Positions 42,521-52,331 are shown, counted from the first letter of the stretch. The stretch: 64,000 nucleotides of DNA from a bacterium UBP16_UBA6123 (GCA_002423385.1 DIVV01000217.1:8781-72780), one strand, 5' to 3'. The notes: a model not told the origin generated them from the letters alone. A program made the numbers and translations.

Positions 42521-43828
42521 TTACTCATTCGCCTGTATTTTTTTTATTCTGATCTGCAGGCTGCGGAGTGAAATATTTAAAAGTTCGGCCGTCCGGGTTT
42601 TATTGCCGCCGGTCATTTCCAGGGTTTTTAATATGATCGTGTCTTCGGCGTCCTGCAGGGCACAGGGTAGTTTAATAGTGACTTCGCCTGAAACTTTATG
42701 CCCCGAATGCTTCGGGCCGCCCTCTTTTTTCTGGTAATATGAGCGGCCGTCGAAGCTGTCTTTGGCTACCGGCTCGCCGCTTATAGGAAAATGTCCGCCT
42801 ACTTTGGAAATATAATCCATTTCCCGCGTTTCTTCTTCGCCCGTTTCGCCGCCGCTTCCGCCGCCGCGGCCCGCGTTCGAACCTCTGATTATCCGCTGAG
42901 GTTCGCCGCTTATTAGAGAGGCCGCCCCCGGGCTCGCGTTAGTGTTCATATAATCGTGGTTGAGTGAAACCGCGTCGTGCAGCGCGCGATTTATAATTAC
43001 TGGCCGCTTGCTTTTATTGTGCAGCCATACGTTTTCGATTATATCGCCGGCGGCCATTACCGCCGCGGCTTCGATAACGTTTTCAAGCTCGCGGACGTTT
43101 CCCGGCCAGTCGTGATTTTCAAGCCGCTTCATTACTTCGCCGCTGACGCCTTTGATTTCGCGGTTTTCACGCTCGTTATATTTTTGGATGAAATAATTGA
43201 TCAACCCGGCGATATCTTCGTGGCGCTCTTTAAGCGAGGGCAGATAAATGCTCACAACATTCAGGCGGTAATAAAGGTCGAGCCGGAATTTTTTTTCTTC
43301 GACCATTTCGCCGAGATCACGGTTGGTTGCGCATACTACGCGTACGTCGCATTTGCGAGTTTTAGTTTCGCCCACGCGTTCGAATTCGCGCTCCTGAAGA
43401 ACACGCAATAGCTTAGCCTGCATCGCCTGGGATATGTCGCCTATTTCGTCTAAAAAGATGGTGCCGCCCTCCGCGGCTTCGAATTTGCCGGCCCGATCGG
43501 CGTAAGCGCCGGTGAACGCGCCGCGCGCGTAGCCGAAAAGTTCCGACTCGAGAAGGTTGTCGTTTAAGGCGGCGCAGTTTATTTTAATGAACGGATTTCT
43601 GGCGCGTTTAGAGTTTAAGTGCAGGGCGCTTGCTACGAGTTCTTTGCCGGTGCCCGATTCGCCGAGTATTAAAACCGTCGAATCGGATTTCGAGACTTTT
43701 TTAATGATATCGCAAATTTTTTGAACGGCCCGGCTGCGGCCGTATATGCAGTATTCAGAATTTATTTCGCCGGCTATTTTCTGCCGCAGCGTATCCATAT
43801 TTTTTATTTTCATGGCATAGCCTTTCAT
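42521..43828 (-). CDS. Sigma-54-dependent transcriptional activator (AAA+ core + Fis-type HTH; no N-terminal sensor/receiver)
   Basis: Walker A GESGTGKE, GAFTGA motif (RGAFTGAYADRAGKFE), ESELFGY, C-terminal HTH TRTAELLNISLRSLQIRIKK. The AAA+ core starts ~30 aa from the N-terminus. The start may be the Met at 43813. Confidence 0.85.
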   Translation of the reverse strand: MKGYAMKIKNMDTLRQKIAGEINSEYCIYGRSRAVQKICDIIKKVSKSDSTVLILGESGTGKELVASALHLNSKRARNPFIKINCAALNDNLLESELFGYARGAFTGAYADRAGKFEAAEGGTIFLDEIGDISQAMQAKLLRVLQEREFERVGETKTRKCDVRVVCATNRDLGEMVEEKKFRLDLYYRLNVVSIYLPSLKERHEDIAGLINYFIQKYNERENREIKGVSGEVMKRLENHDWPGNVRELENVIEAAAVMAAGDIIENVWLHNKSKRPVIINRALHDAVSLNHDYMNTNASPGAASLISGEPQRIIRGSNAGRGGGSGGETGEEETREMDYISKVGGHFPISGEPVAKDSFDGRSYYQKKEGGPKHSGHKVSGEVTIKLPCALQDAEDTIILKTLEMTGGNKTRTAELLNISLRSLQIRIKKIQANE

Positions 43829-43849
43829 CGAATTTTACAGATTTTGTGC

Positions 43850-44692
43850 TTATCTGTCGTTCCAGCATATCAAAGTTATGGCGCAGAACATATTATAAAA
43901 GTAAGGAAAATCGGGAGCTTCGAAGTAAATGGTCCGGCCGTCGAGTCTTTTTACAACGGGAATAAGAGCCGCCATATCGGTTTTTACGGTATTTAAAAGT
44001 TTAATTTTAACTTTAAGCGGATACTGGTATGTAAAATATTTTCCCGTCCATTTTTTTTCGGTCAGAGTTTTTTCCACCGCACCCTCGATTGCCGAATAAA
44101 CTTTTTTAGGATGGTCTAGAACCGCGGAATATCTGGCTATAGCCTGTTTGGTAACCACCGTTTCGAATCCGAGTTTTTCTTTATATACGCTTATTTGATC
44201 TATAAATTTATCGTCCCCCGAAACGTAGGCTATGGGCACTTTATAATGACCCGCGAGCCCCGCGTTAATTTCGAACTCGCCGACTTCGCTTCCGTTAATT
44301 TCAACGCCGTATATGGCCGAGCCTGAAAAAGTGTGGTCCATGCCGGCTTCCATAGTGCCCGCCCGGGCGTGATGGCCGGCTATGAATACCGCCTCGAAAG
44401 ACTCGTCAATACATGGCATCATGTAATAAGAACGAGGAAATCCTCTTATAAGTCTCACGTTTTCGCAAAGATCGGCGTGGCAGATATTAGTTCCAGTTGC
44501 ATGTGAATCGGCTACTACTATGTCCAGACCGCCGCCTGTAAGGCCATGTGAGTGTTTATTTACGGCGGAGCAAAGGGCATTAACCTCCGCTGTCATCATT
44601 TTTGATGTGTATCCGGCCTGGGTTTCCATTTCTTTGAAGTTTGAAACGCCGGTTATTCCTTCCATATCACAGCATACATAATATTTTTTCAT
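43850..44692 (-). CDS. dppA: M55-family D-aminopeptidase (DppA-like)
   Basis: MKKYYVCCDMEGITGV… matches the DppA/M55 N-terminal signature (…DMEGI(S/T)G…). The ORF extends to 44713 but the MKKYY start at 44692 fits the family. Confidence 0.75.
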   Translation of the reverse strand: MKKYYVCCDMEGITGVSNFKEMETQAGYTSKMMTAEVNALCSAVNKHSHGLTGGGLDIVVADSHATGTNICHADLCENVRLIRGFPRSYYMMPCIDESFEAVFIAGHHARAGTMEAGMDHTFSGSAIYGVEINGSEVGEFEINAGLAGHYKVPIAYVSGDDKFIDQISVYKEKLGFETVVTKQAIARYSAVLDHPKKVYSAIEGAVEKTLTEKKWTGKYFTYQYPLKVKIKLLNTVKTDMAALIPVVKRLDGRTIYFEAPDFPYFYNMFCAITLICWNDR

Positions 44693-44777
44693 TGACGCCT
44701 CCCCCGATTTCAAGCGAAAAGGCCCATAAGCTTTTCTTCAGCCAGGGCCTTTATCGCGGAATTAAAATTTATTTCGG

Positions 44778-44794
44778 ACCGGTAAACTACCGGT
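44778..44794. promoter_or_regulatory. Perfect 7-3-7 palindrome ACCGGTA-AAC-TACCGGT in the divergent dppA/tetR region (candidate TetR operator)
   Basis: Read directly from sequence. Lies between the divergently oriented dppA-like (-) and TetR-like (+) genes. Confidence 0.4.
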
Positions 44795-44997
44795 TATTAA
44801 TGGCCGCCCCCTCATTTTCCGGTACTGCAGGCGGGATCTTCGGCGGGAGCCGCTTCGGTTTTTACTTCAGCGGTTTCATTGGCAGCCGGCGCCGCAGTTT
44901 CAGTTTTTACTTCGGCGGTTTTGCCGGAGTCTGCCGCCGGAGCTGCTGCTTTAACTTCAACGGCTTCGCCGGCCGCAGGGGCCGCCGCAGTCGCTAA

Positions 44998-45579
44998 TTG
45001 ATCGAGGTTTTTTTCGAAATCGGGCATGGCGGGATGTCCGCTCCATGCTATTTTCTGGTCGGCGCGGCGACCATCAGGCAAATAGCCGGGGCCGCCGGCG
45101 TCGCGGTAGGCACCATATATGTTTATTTTAAAAACAAAGACGATATCCTTCATGAATTATTAAATCGGCACAAAGAAGAGCATTACTTGCTTTTTGATAA
45201 GATGTCGGTTTTAAAGCCCGAAAAAGCGATCAAATTTTTTTATGAAGACCGGTTTAAATCTCTTTCAAAACTCAATAATTTAATAAGCGTTTTCATGTTT
45301 GAAGTAACGCGGGATAAAAAACTCAGAGGAATAATTCACAAAAAAATATTTGAAACGATTAACGAAAAAATGAAAACTTTCTTTAAAACCGCTATCGAAA
45401 AAAAGAAGATCCGCGATTTTAAAGATATCGAAGTTTTAAGCGTTTTAATGCTGAGCATAGTCTCCTCGATTGTAAGCTGGAAAGAATGCGTTTTTTCAAA
45501 ACAACTCAAAGGCATAACCTACGAACGCTTCGCGGACGCCGTCACGGATCTTGCGATGAACGGCCTGGCCTTAAAGTAA
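44998..45579 (+). CDS. TetR/AcrR-family transcriptional regulator
   Basis: HTH IRQIAGAAGVAVGTIYVYFKNKDDILHELL matches the TetR_N consensus (…IAkaaGVskGTlYhYFksKeeLl). TTG start at 44998. The alternative ATG at 45034 gives a product with a shortened helix-1. Precedes the efflux operon. Confidence 0.6.
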   Translation: MIEVFFEIGHGGMSAPCYFLVGAATIRQIAGAAGVAVGTIYVYFKNKDDILHELLNRHKEEHYLLFDKMSVLKPEKAIKFFYEDRFKSLSKLNNLISVFMFEVTRDKKLRGIIHKKIFETINEKMKTFFKTAIEKKKIRDFKDIEVLSVLMLSIVSSIVSWKECVFSKQLKGITYERFADAVTDLAMNGLALK

Positions 45580-45586
45580 ATCTGGA

Positions 45587-45814
45587 ATGGAGCGTAAAAA
45601 TATGAAATTAGAAATAATCGGAAATCCAATAGATAAAATATTCGACATATTAAAAACTAACGAAAAAGTGAGCACGCTGAAGTGTTACAGCGGAAAAATA
45701 AATATCAATCTCTGCGACGACGTAAGCCGCGAAACTCTTCACAATATTAAAAATTCAATAATAACCAGATTGTCCGGCGCTGTCAAGAACTATATAATGA
45801 AGGTGGTCAATTAA
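45587..45814 (+). CDS. Small hypothetical protein (75 aa), translationally coupled to downstream TolC-like gene
   Basis: Stop TAA overlaps the ATG of the next gene (TAATG at 45812-45816). No motif recognised. Confidence 0.35.
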   Translation: MERKNMKLEIIGNPIDKIFDILKTNEKVSTLKCYSGKININLCDDVSRETLHNIKNSIITRLSGAVKNYIMKVVN

Positions 45815-47364
45815 TGGAAAGAAAAACTGGTAATTTTAAAAAAAGCGAAAAAGCGTCTTCGCCGCTTTACTCATTATTGCTCTACGGCACGCTGCTTGCG
45901 GCATTTTCGCCCGCGGCGGCGCAGTGCGCGACGAATTCGACGGCGCAGGTTGAATTGAAACCGTCCGAAATAATATTAAGCCTGCTGAATAAAAGTTCTG
46001 AATCAGTCGAATTAAGAGCGCGGAGGGCCAGGTTAAAACTGACGGGAAAAAACGGTGAAACTGCCGTAGTTAAAGCTGATGTAATTAAAACCGGCGAAGA
46101 AAAATTACCCGCGATGCCGTCGAAAACATCCGAAATCACAACCGGCAACCAGTTAAGTTTAACCGACTGCGTAAGTATAGCGCTAAAAACTAACCCGCAA
46201 ATTTTAGAATCTCTGTTTAGTATAAACACCTACAAATATAAACTCGAGCAATCGAAAGCGTCGTTAAGACCGCAGACTTCCGCCGGAGCGAAAGGCGGCT
46301 GGCAGGGAAGCGATGCCCAGACGCGCGCCAGCGAAACGTCTTCGCTTTATTCGAGCCGTGGCGCCAGTTTATCTTATTCACAATTAATTTATGACGGCGG
46401 CAAGACGAAAAGCGGAATAGAAGCCGCTGGAACTAATCTTGAAATTCAGGAATTAAACCATAAAAAACTCCTGATGGATATTTTCTTGAAAATATGCGAA
46501 AATTATTATTCATTAGTCACTTCGCTCAGACTCGAAAAAATCGCTTTGCAGGCATACGAGGGTTCTATTTTACATCAGAACCTCGCGGAAGCCAATTTTA
46601 ACGTCGGAATTTCTCCAAAAACCGATTTTATAAGAGCGCAAACGAATACTTTCGAAAAAAAATACAGCCTCATCGCGGCGCAAAACGCCAATAAAAAATC
46701 GAAGCTCGCGCTTAACTACACACTTGGGCGCGCCGGTTACGATATCGAAGTGATAGATTCTCTTACATGCGACACCATAGGAATAGATTTAGAAAGCTCC
46801 ATAAACAAAGCGCTTCTTTCGCGCAGCGAAATCGAAGCCGCCAAAAAAGGCATCGAAGTTTATAAACTTCAAATCAGGCAGATAAAAGCCGAAAAATCCC
46901 CGCAGATTTCACTCGGGGCGAACGCGGGCCTGGATTTCGACAACTCCGCCAATAAAAGCGAACGCTCTTCCTACTCGTTTACTACAAACATTTCGATGCC
47001 TATTACCAACGGATACATTACCGAAAATAAAGTAAGCGAGCTCGAAGAAAAAATAAGGGCCGAAGAACAAAAATTACAGCAACTGATCTTAACTATTAAA
47101 TACGACGTAAACCAGGCATATTTAAATCTTTTCGAATCTTACGAACAAATAGGCGCGGCCGCTAAAAACGTCGAGTACGCCGATTTAACTTTAAAACTGA
47201 CCGACGAACAGTACAAAGTCGGACTGGCCACCATGCTCGATTTGATCGACGCTGAACTCGCCTATAACCGCGCCATGACCAATCACATACAATCGCAGGG
47301 AAATTTTTTGACGGCTAAATGCAAGTTCAGAAGAAATATCGGCGACGAGGAGTTTTACAGATGA
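45814..47364 (+). CDS. TolC-family outer-membrane efflux protein
   Basis: Signal peptide (…LLYGTLLAAFSPAAAQ), two-repeat OEP-like architecture with …LSLTDCVSIALKTNPQI… and coiled-coil segments. 516 aa. Confidence 0.8.
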   Translation: MERKTGNFKKSEKASSPLYSLLLYGTLLAAFSPAAAQCATNSTAQVELKPSEIILSLLNKSSESVELRARRARLKLTGKNGETAVVKADVIKTGEEKLPAMPSKTSEITTGNQLSLTDCVSIALKTNPQILESLFSINTYKYKLEQSKASLRPQTSAGAKGGWQGSDAQTRASETSSLYSSRGASLSYSQLIYDGGKTKSGIEAAGTNLEIQELNHKKLLMDIFLKICENYYSLVTSLRLEKIALQAYEGSILHQNLAEANFNVGISPKTDFIRAQTNTFEKKYSLIAAQNANKKSKLALNYTLGRAGYDIEVIDSLTCDTIGIDLESSINKALLSRSEIEAAKKGIEVYKLQIRQIKAEKSPQISLGANAGLDFDNSANKSERSSYSFTTNISMPITNGYITENKVSELEEKIRAEEQKLQQLILTIKYDVNQAYLNLFESYEQIGAAAKNVEYADLTLKLTDEQYKVGLATMLDLIDAELAYNRAMTNHIQSQGNFLTAKCKFRRNIGDEEFYR

Positions 47365-48890
47365 AACGATTTCTTTCCATCAGGTATATAACCGCTTTTG
47401 CCGCGATCGCGATTTTACTTTATTTTATCAATCCATTCGGCGGCAGCAAAACAAGCGCGGGCGACGCCGCCGATAAAACCGCGCAAATTACCAGCGGCAC
47501 TTTCGAAATTATCGTTTCCTGCGCCGGAACGGTAACCGCGCTTTCGAGCGTCGATGTAAAATCGCGAGTGGGCGGCACCGTCGAGTATCTGAAATTAATG
47601 GAAGGCGATTATGTCAATAAAAACGACCTTATCGCCCACATCGATAAGAGAAATATACTTTTAAAGGTGAAGCAGAATGAAACCGATCTTAAATCAGCGC
47701 AGGCGCAGCTCGAAAAATCTAAAATTTCATTCGAGATAGATAAAAAAAACTACGCCAACGAATTTAAACGCGCCGAAGCCAACGCCGATTTGAGTTATTC
47801 AAACCTGCGGTTGCTCCAGAAAGGAAGCCGGCCGGAAGAGCTGTCCCAGGCCGAAGCGCAGATCGATTTAGCGCGCGCCAATTACGATAACAGCCGCAAA
47901 AATTTCAACCGCCACAAAGAACTTTATAATAAAAACTTAGTGTCGCAATCGGCGATGGACAGCGCCAGGGCCGCAAGCGACGTGGCCGCCGCTCAGTTAA
48001 AAAGCGCCGAGGAAAAATTCAATTTATTAAAACAGGGCTACCAGAGTGAAGAAATTCAAAAAGCTAACTTCCAGTATGAAGTTTCACTTTGCTCGGTCGA
48101 CGAAGCTAAATATAAAATCGAATCTTTAAAAATACGCGAGCAGGAAATTAAAAATCTGGAATCGATAGTCGAAAAATACGATATAATCCATCAGGACTCG
48201 CTCGAGCAGCTTAAAGACACGACTGTTTTAGCGCCTATTTCCGGCGTGGTAACTCAAAAATGGGTTGATGAAGGCGGAATTATAACCTCCGGCATCTCCT
48301 CTGTAACCTCCGGCACTAATATACTGACGCTATCGGATATGTCTGAAATAAAAATAAAAGCCAACGTAGATGAAACCGATATCCATAAATTATCGCATAA
48401 TTTAGGGGCGCGCGTTAAATTAGACGCCTATCAGAAGAAGGTATTCAAAGCAAAATTATCGAGCATCGGGCCGCGCGTATATCTAAAGGACAACGTGCCG
48501 GTAATCGATATAACCCTGGATCTTCTCGAAGGCAGCGACGAAGTAAAAGTGGGAATGACCGCGGACGCCGAAATAATAATAGCCAGTGAAACTGACGCGA
48601 AACTCATACCCAACGATTCGATAATCGAACGCGGCGGCAAACATTTTGTAAGATTATTAAACGGAAATGAAAGCCAGAAACCTGAATTACGGCCTGTCAA
48701 AATAGGATTGACCAACGGCGAAAAAACCGTTTTAATAAGCGGGCTCAATGAAAATGAACGCTTCTATACGGGCGAAGCGCTTAAGGCGATGAAAGAAAGC
48801 ACGGCAAAAGCCCAGCCGGGAATGCCGCTTTTAGGCTCCCCTCCAGGCGCCCGCAGCACACGGAGCTCAGGCAGCAGCAGCCGCAAATAA
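47361..48890 (+). CDS. HlyD/MacA-family periplasmic adaptor (membrane fusion protein)
   Basis: ATG at 47361 overlaps the TolC-like stop (ATGA). N-terminal TM, long coiled-coil (…LKSAQAQLEKSKISFEIDKKNY…), beta-barrel/lipoyl motifs (LAPISGVVTQKWVDEGG). Confidence 0.8.
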   Translation: MKRFLSIRYITAFAAIAILLYFINPFGGSKTSAGDAADKTAQITSGTFEIIVSCAGTVTALSSVDVKSRVGGTVEYLKLMEGDYVNKNDLIAHIDKRNILLKVKQNETDLKSAQAQLEKSKISFEIDKKNYANEFKRAEANADLSYSNLRLLQKGSRPEELSQAEAQIDLARANYDNSRKNFNRHKELYNKNLVSQSAMDSARAASDVAAAQLKSAEEKFNLLKQGYQSEEIQKANFQYEVSLCSVDEAKYKIESLKIREQEIKNLESIVEKYDIIHQDSLEQLKDTTVLAPISGVVTQKWVDEGGIITSGISSVTSGTNILTLSDMSEIKIKANVDETDIHKLSHNLGARVKLDAYQKKVFKAKLSSIGPRVYLKDNVPVIDITLDLLEGSDEVKVGMTADAEIIIASETDAKLIPNDSIIERGGKHFVRLLNGNESQKPELRPVKIGLTNGEKTVLISGLNENERFYTGEALKAMKESTAKAQPGMPLLGSPPGARSTRSSGSSSRK

Positions 48891-48936
48891 TAGATAAATT
48901 ACTTATCAATCTTAAAAACAAGCGATGTGAAACGAT

Positions 48937-49710
48937 ATGACAGATGAAAACAAACCGATCATAGAAATAAAAGGATTGACCAAGATATACGATACCGGCA
49001 AAATTAAGGTAAACGCGCTTAACGGCGTGGACTTTTCAATAAAAGAATGCGAGCTTATAGCTATAATGGGGCCTTCAGGTTCCGGCAAATCTACTATGAT
49101 GAACGTTCTCGGCTGCCTGGATAAACCTACCGACGGCACGTATCACTTAGACGGCACCGACGTTTCCACCATGAGCGAAGACGCTCTCGCCGAAATCAGA
49201 AATCAAAAGATAGGCTTCGTTTTTCAAACATTTAACCTGCTTTCCCGCACCAGCGCGCTTAAAAACGTGGAACTTCCAATGGTTTACGCGAAAATACCGG
49301 CGGCCGAACGCGAGGAACGGGCCAAAAAAGCGCTGAGCGCCGTCGGTCTCGAAGAACGAATGTATCACATGCCTAACGAACTTTCGGGCGGGCAGCAGCA
49401 GAGAGTCGCCATAGCAAGAGCGCTTGTCAACGATCCGAAGATAATACTCGCCGACGAGCCGACCGGCAACTTAGATTCGCGTTCATCGGAAGAAATTTTA
49501 TTAATATTCCAGCAGCTTAACCGCGCCGGCAAAACTATAGTTATCGTAACGCACGAACCCGATATTGCACAGCATTGCAAGCGCAACGTGGTTTTCAAAG
49601 ACGGTGAAATCGTAACCGATAAAAAAGTCGAGCATATTCTCGACGCGAAAGCCGTGCTGGAAGAAATTAACAAGAAAAGCCATCATCTTCACCCGCATCT
49701 AAATCAATAA
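48937..49710 (+). CDS. ABC transporter ATP-binding protein, MacB/LolD-type
   Basis: Walker [10 protein letters not shown], signature [15 protein letters not shown], Walker [12 protein letters not shown]. Confidence 0.9.
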   Translation: MTDENKPIIEIKGLTKIYDTGKIKVNALNGVDFSIKECELIAIMGPSGSGKSTMMNVLGCLDKPTDGTYHLDGTDVSTMSEDALAEIRNQKIGFVFQTFNLLSRTSALKNVELPMVYAKIPAAEREERAKKALSAVGLEERMYHMPNELSGGQQQRVAIARALVNDPKIILADEPTGNLDSRSSEEILLIFQQLNRAGKTIVIVTHEPDIAQHCKRNVVFKDGEIVTDKKVEHILDAKAVLEEINKKSHHLHPHLNQ

Positions 49711-49721
49711 AGGACGTTAAA

Positions 49722-50936
49722 ATGGATTTTTTCGAATTAGTCAAATTATCGCTGATAAGCCTTAACGCCAATAAAATGCGTTCCGCGTTAACGATGCTCG
49801 GCGTTATAATAGGCGTAGCCTCCGTAGTCGCCATGATATCCATCGGCGAAGGCGCCAAAGGCCTTATCACCAAATCTATCGAAGATATGGGAACCAACCT
49901 GCTTTTTGTAATGCCCGGTCAGATGAAAGTCGGCGGGGGCGGCCACGGCATGGGTTCCATCCAGACGTTAACCTTTGAAGACTGCCGGGAGATCGAAAAA
50001 AACTGTCCATCGGTCGTCGGCTGCGCGCCGGAAATATCAAAATCGGCTAAAATAAAGGCCGGCAACCAGAATACCGTAACGCAGGTAGTCGGAACCAGCG
50101 AACGCTACCCCGAAGTTAGAAATACCAAAATAGCCCAGGGCCGATATTTTACATCCTTAGAGCTGCACAATCAGAAAAAAGTAGCCGTGCTCGGACAGAG
50201 CGTTGTAGATAACATTTTTTTCAATATAGACCCTATCGGAAAAGATATTTTAATCAACCGCATTTATTTTACCGTTATAGGCGTACTCGAAGCCAAAGGC
50301 CAATCGGGATTCACCAACGTTGACGACATGATAATGGTTCCGGTCACTACCTTTCAAAAAAGATTGTTCGGCCTCGACTACCTTCGAAATATCAGTGTAC
50401 AGGTAAAAAGCGCGGAGCTTATGGATTCAGCGGAGCAGGAAGTCGGCGAATTATTAAGAAAACGCCATAGAATTTTAAATCCAGACGACGACGACTTTAC
50501 CATCAGAAAACAAACCGAAATGCTCAACCGCATGAGCGATATTACATCCGCTTTTACGATGCTGCTCGGCGGCATCGCCTTTATATCACTTTTAGTCGGC
50601 GGCATAGGCATTATGAATATAATGCTCGTATCGGTCACCGAACGAACGCGCGAAATCGGCTTAAGAAAAGCCATAGGCGCAAAAAAAGCCGATATTTTAA
50701 AGCAATTTCTCATTGAATCGATCGTTTTATGCGTTATGGGCGGCCTTATCGGAATTTTATCCGGCATAGGAATGTCTTATTTAATAGCGAAATTCGGCAA
50801 CTGGAACACTTCAGTTTCGACCGCCTCGATATTGCTTTCATTCGGCTTTTCAATAGCCGTCGGGCTGTTTTTCGGAATTTATCCGGCCAACAAAGCCTCC
50901 GGGTTGAACTGCGTCGAAGCTCTCAGATACGAATAA
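49722..50936 (+). CDS. ABC transporter permease, FtsX/MacB-type
   Basis: N-terminal TM, MacB periplasmic domain and C-terminal FtsX-like 3-TM bundle (…GGIGIMNIMLVSVTERTREIGLRKAIGAKKADIL…). Confidence 0.85.
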   Translation: MDFFELVKLSLISLNANKMRSALTMLGVIIGVASVVAMISIGEGAKGLITKSIEDMGTNLLFVMPGQMKVGGGGHGMGSIQTLTFEDCREIEKNCPSVVGCAPEISKSAKIKAGNQNTVTQVVGTSERYPEVRNTKIAQGRYFTSLELHNQKKVAVLGQSVVDNIFFNIDPIGKDILINRIYFTVIGVLEAKGQSGFTNVDDMIMVPVTTFQKRLFGLDYLRNISVQVKSAELMDSAEQEVGELLRKRHRILNPDDDDFTIRKQTEMLNRMSDITSAFTMLLGGIAFISLLVGGIGIMNIMLVSVTERTREIGLRKAIGAKKADILKQFLIESIVLCVMGGLIGILSGIGMSYLIAKFGNWNTSVSTASILLSFGFSIAVGLFFGIYPANKASGLNCVEALRYE

Positions 50937-50992
50937 CGCCGGCCGTTAAAATACCCTTCATTCAAAATCTTTTAGGCTTTTTACGCTTTTTA

Positions 50993-51022
50993 TTTGCATT
51001 TTTGGTTGATTTCGTGATATAA
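50993..51022 (+). promoter_or_regulatory. Sigma-70-like promoter upstream of rpsA (TTGCAT-N18-TATAAT with an upstream TG)
   Basis: ttgcat at 50993-50998; tgaTATAAT at 51014-51022; AAGGAG RBS ~10 nt before ATG 51066. Confidence 0.5.
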
Positions 51023-51065
51023 TTTATCTGCGATAATTCTTAAATGGGTTAAGGAGAAAAATAAT

Positions 51066-52331
51066 ATGACTGAAAATTTCGCCGATTTATTCGAACAATC
51101 AACGGTATCAAAACAAAAAATCCACTACGGCATGAAAGTTAACGCTAAAATAGTCGGTATGGACGAAAGCTCCGTCTTCGTCGATATAGGCGCAAAAACC
51201 GATGGTTACGTCGAAAAAGCCGAATTAATCGATACGGATGGCAACTTTAATTATAAAATAGGCGATTATCTCGAACTTTACATAGTGACGAATAAAGAAA
51301 GCGAACTCAAGCTCAGCCGCGCGCTCAGCGGCGACGGCAGCTATAACGTGATAAAAGACGCTTTTGAGCGTAAGATAACCGTGTCCGGCAAAGTAAAAAG
51401 CGTCAATAAGGGCGGCTTCGACGTTACCGTCATGGGCAAACGCGCTTTCTGCCCCATCAGCCAGATGGACGTTAAAAAAATCGAAAACGCCGAACAATAC
51501 GTAGGAAGCGTTTTTAATTTTAAAGTCAGCGATTTCGAAGAAGAAAAAAAGAATATAGTCTTATCACGCCGCCCCATTCTGGAGGCCGAACAAAAAGAAG
51601 CCATAGATAAACTTATCGCCAATTTAAAAGAAGTCGATGTAATAAGCGGCAAAGTCACTAAAGTATCCGAAATAGGCGCTTTCATCGATTTAGGCAGCCG
51701 GCTCGAAGGCATGATCCACGTGTCGGAACTGGCATGGACACGCGTGGCCCACGCTTCCGAAGTGGTAAAACCCGGCGATATCGTTACCGCAAAAGTTTTA
51801 AAGGTAGAACACGCCGAAGGCAAAAGATATCCGCGCATATCGCTTAGCTTAAAGCAGCTTTCGCTGCATCCGTGGGAATCGGTCGCCGCCCGCGTTAAAC
51901 AGGGCGATATAATCAACGGCCGCGTAACCCGCTGCGCGGACTTCGGCGCGTTCGTAGAGCTTTTCCCCGGAGTGGAAGGCCTGGTTCACATATCCGAAAT
52001 AACCGGCGAAAAACGCATTAAAAAAGTCAACGAAATAATAAACCCCGGCGATATGGTCGAAGCGATCGTTCTGGGCGTAGATCTCGAGCAGAAGCGCATA
52101 TCGCTTAGCATTAAAGAACTGCAGAAGAAAAACGATCCCGCGCCCGAAGCGGCGGCCGAACCCGAAACCGGAAATAAATCCGAAAATAATCGCCTCAGGG
52201 CTGCTGCCGGAAAAAATCGCAGCGACGAAGATAACTGGCGCAATTATACTAAAATCGAAGACGCCCCGGACGCGGACGACGAAGAAGACGAAAATCCATT
52301 TAAAGCGCTTAAAAATAAACTCAACTCATAA
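51066..52331 (+). CDS. rpsA: 30S ribosomal protein S1 (short, ~4-5 S1 domains)
   Basis: Repeated S1 domain motifs (G.KVNAKIVGMDESSVFVDIGAKTDGYV; G.ISGKVTKVSEIGAFIDLG..LEGMIHVSEL; G.IINGRVTRCADFGAFVELFPGVEGLVHISEI). Acidic C-terminal tail. Confidence 0.85.
   Translation: MTENFADLFEQSTVSKQKIHYGMKVNAKIVGMDESSVFVDIGAKTDGYVEKAELIDTDGNFNYKIGDYLELYIVTNKESELKLSRALSGDGSYNVIKDAFERKITVSGKVKSVNKGGFDVTVMGKRAFCPISQMDVKKIENAEQYVGSVFNFKVSDFEEEKKNIVLSRRPILEAEQKEAIDKLIANLKEVDVISGKVTKVSEIGAFIDLGSRLEGMIHVSELAWTRVAHASEVVKPGDIVTAKVLKVEHAEGKRYPRISLSLKQLSLHPWESVAARVKQGDIINGRVTRCADFGAFVELFPGVEGLVHISEITGEKRIKKVNEIINPGDMVEAIVLGVDLEQKRISLSIKELQKKNDPAPEAAAEPETGNKSENNRLRAAAGKNRSDEDNWRNYTKIEDAPDADDEEDENPFKALKNKLNS

Noticed and set aside
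35054-43996. Plus-strand ORFs antisense to buk, ptb, aminotransferase, uvrC, sigma-54 activator and dppA (e.g. 35227..35514, 36264..36629, 40034..40336, 41767..42027, 42977..43411)
   Set aside because: Each lies wholly inside a minus-strand gene with strong family signatures. They have no RBS or motifs and are antisense shadows.
44812-45153. 113-aa minus-strand ORF as given by the ORF track
   Set aside because: Its first ~40 codons are the reverse complement of the TetR helix-turn-helix codons (strong TetR_N match on + strand). Only the 3' repetitive part (see finding) remains ambiguous.
48431-51916. Minus-strand ORFs inside the efflux and rpsA genes (48431..48748, 50378..50767, 51341..51916)
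   Set aside because: Antisense to genes with clear ABC/MFP/S1 signatures. Composition is S/L/P-rich typical of reverse-frame translation of GC-rich third positions.
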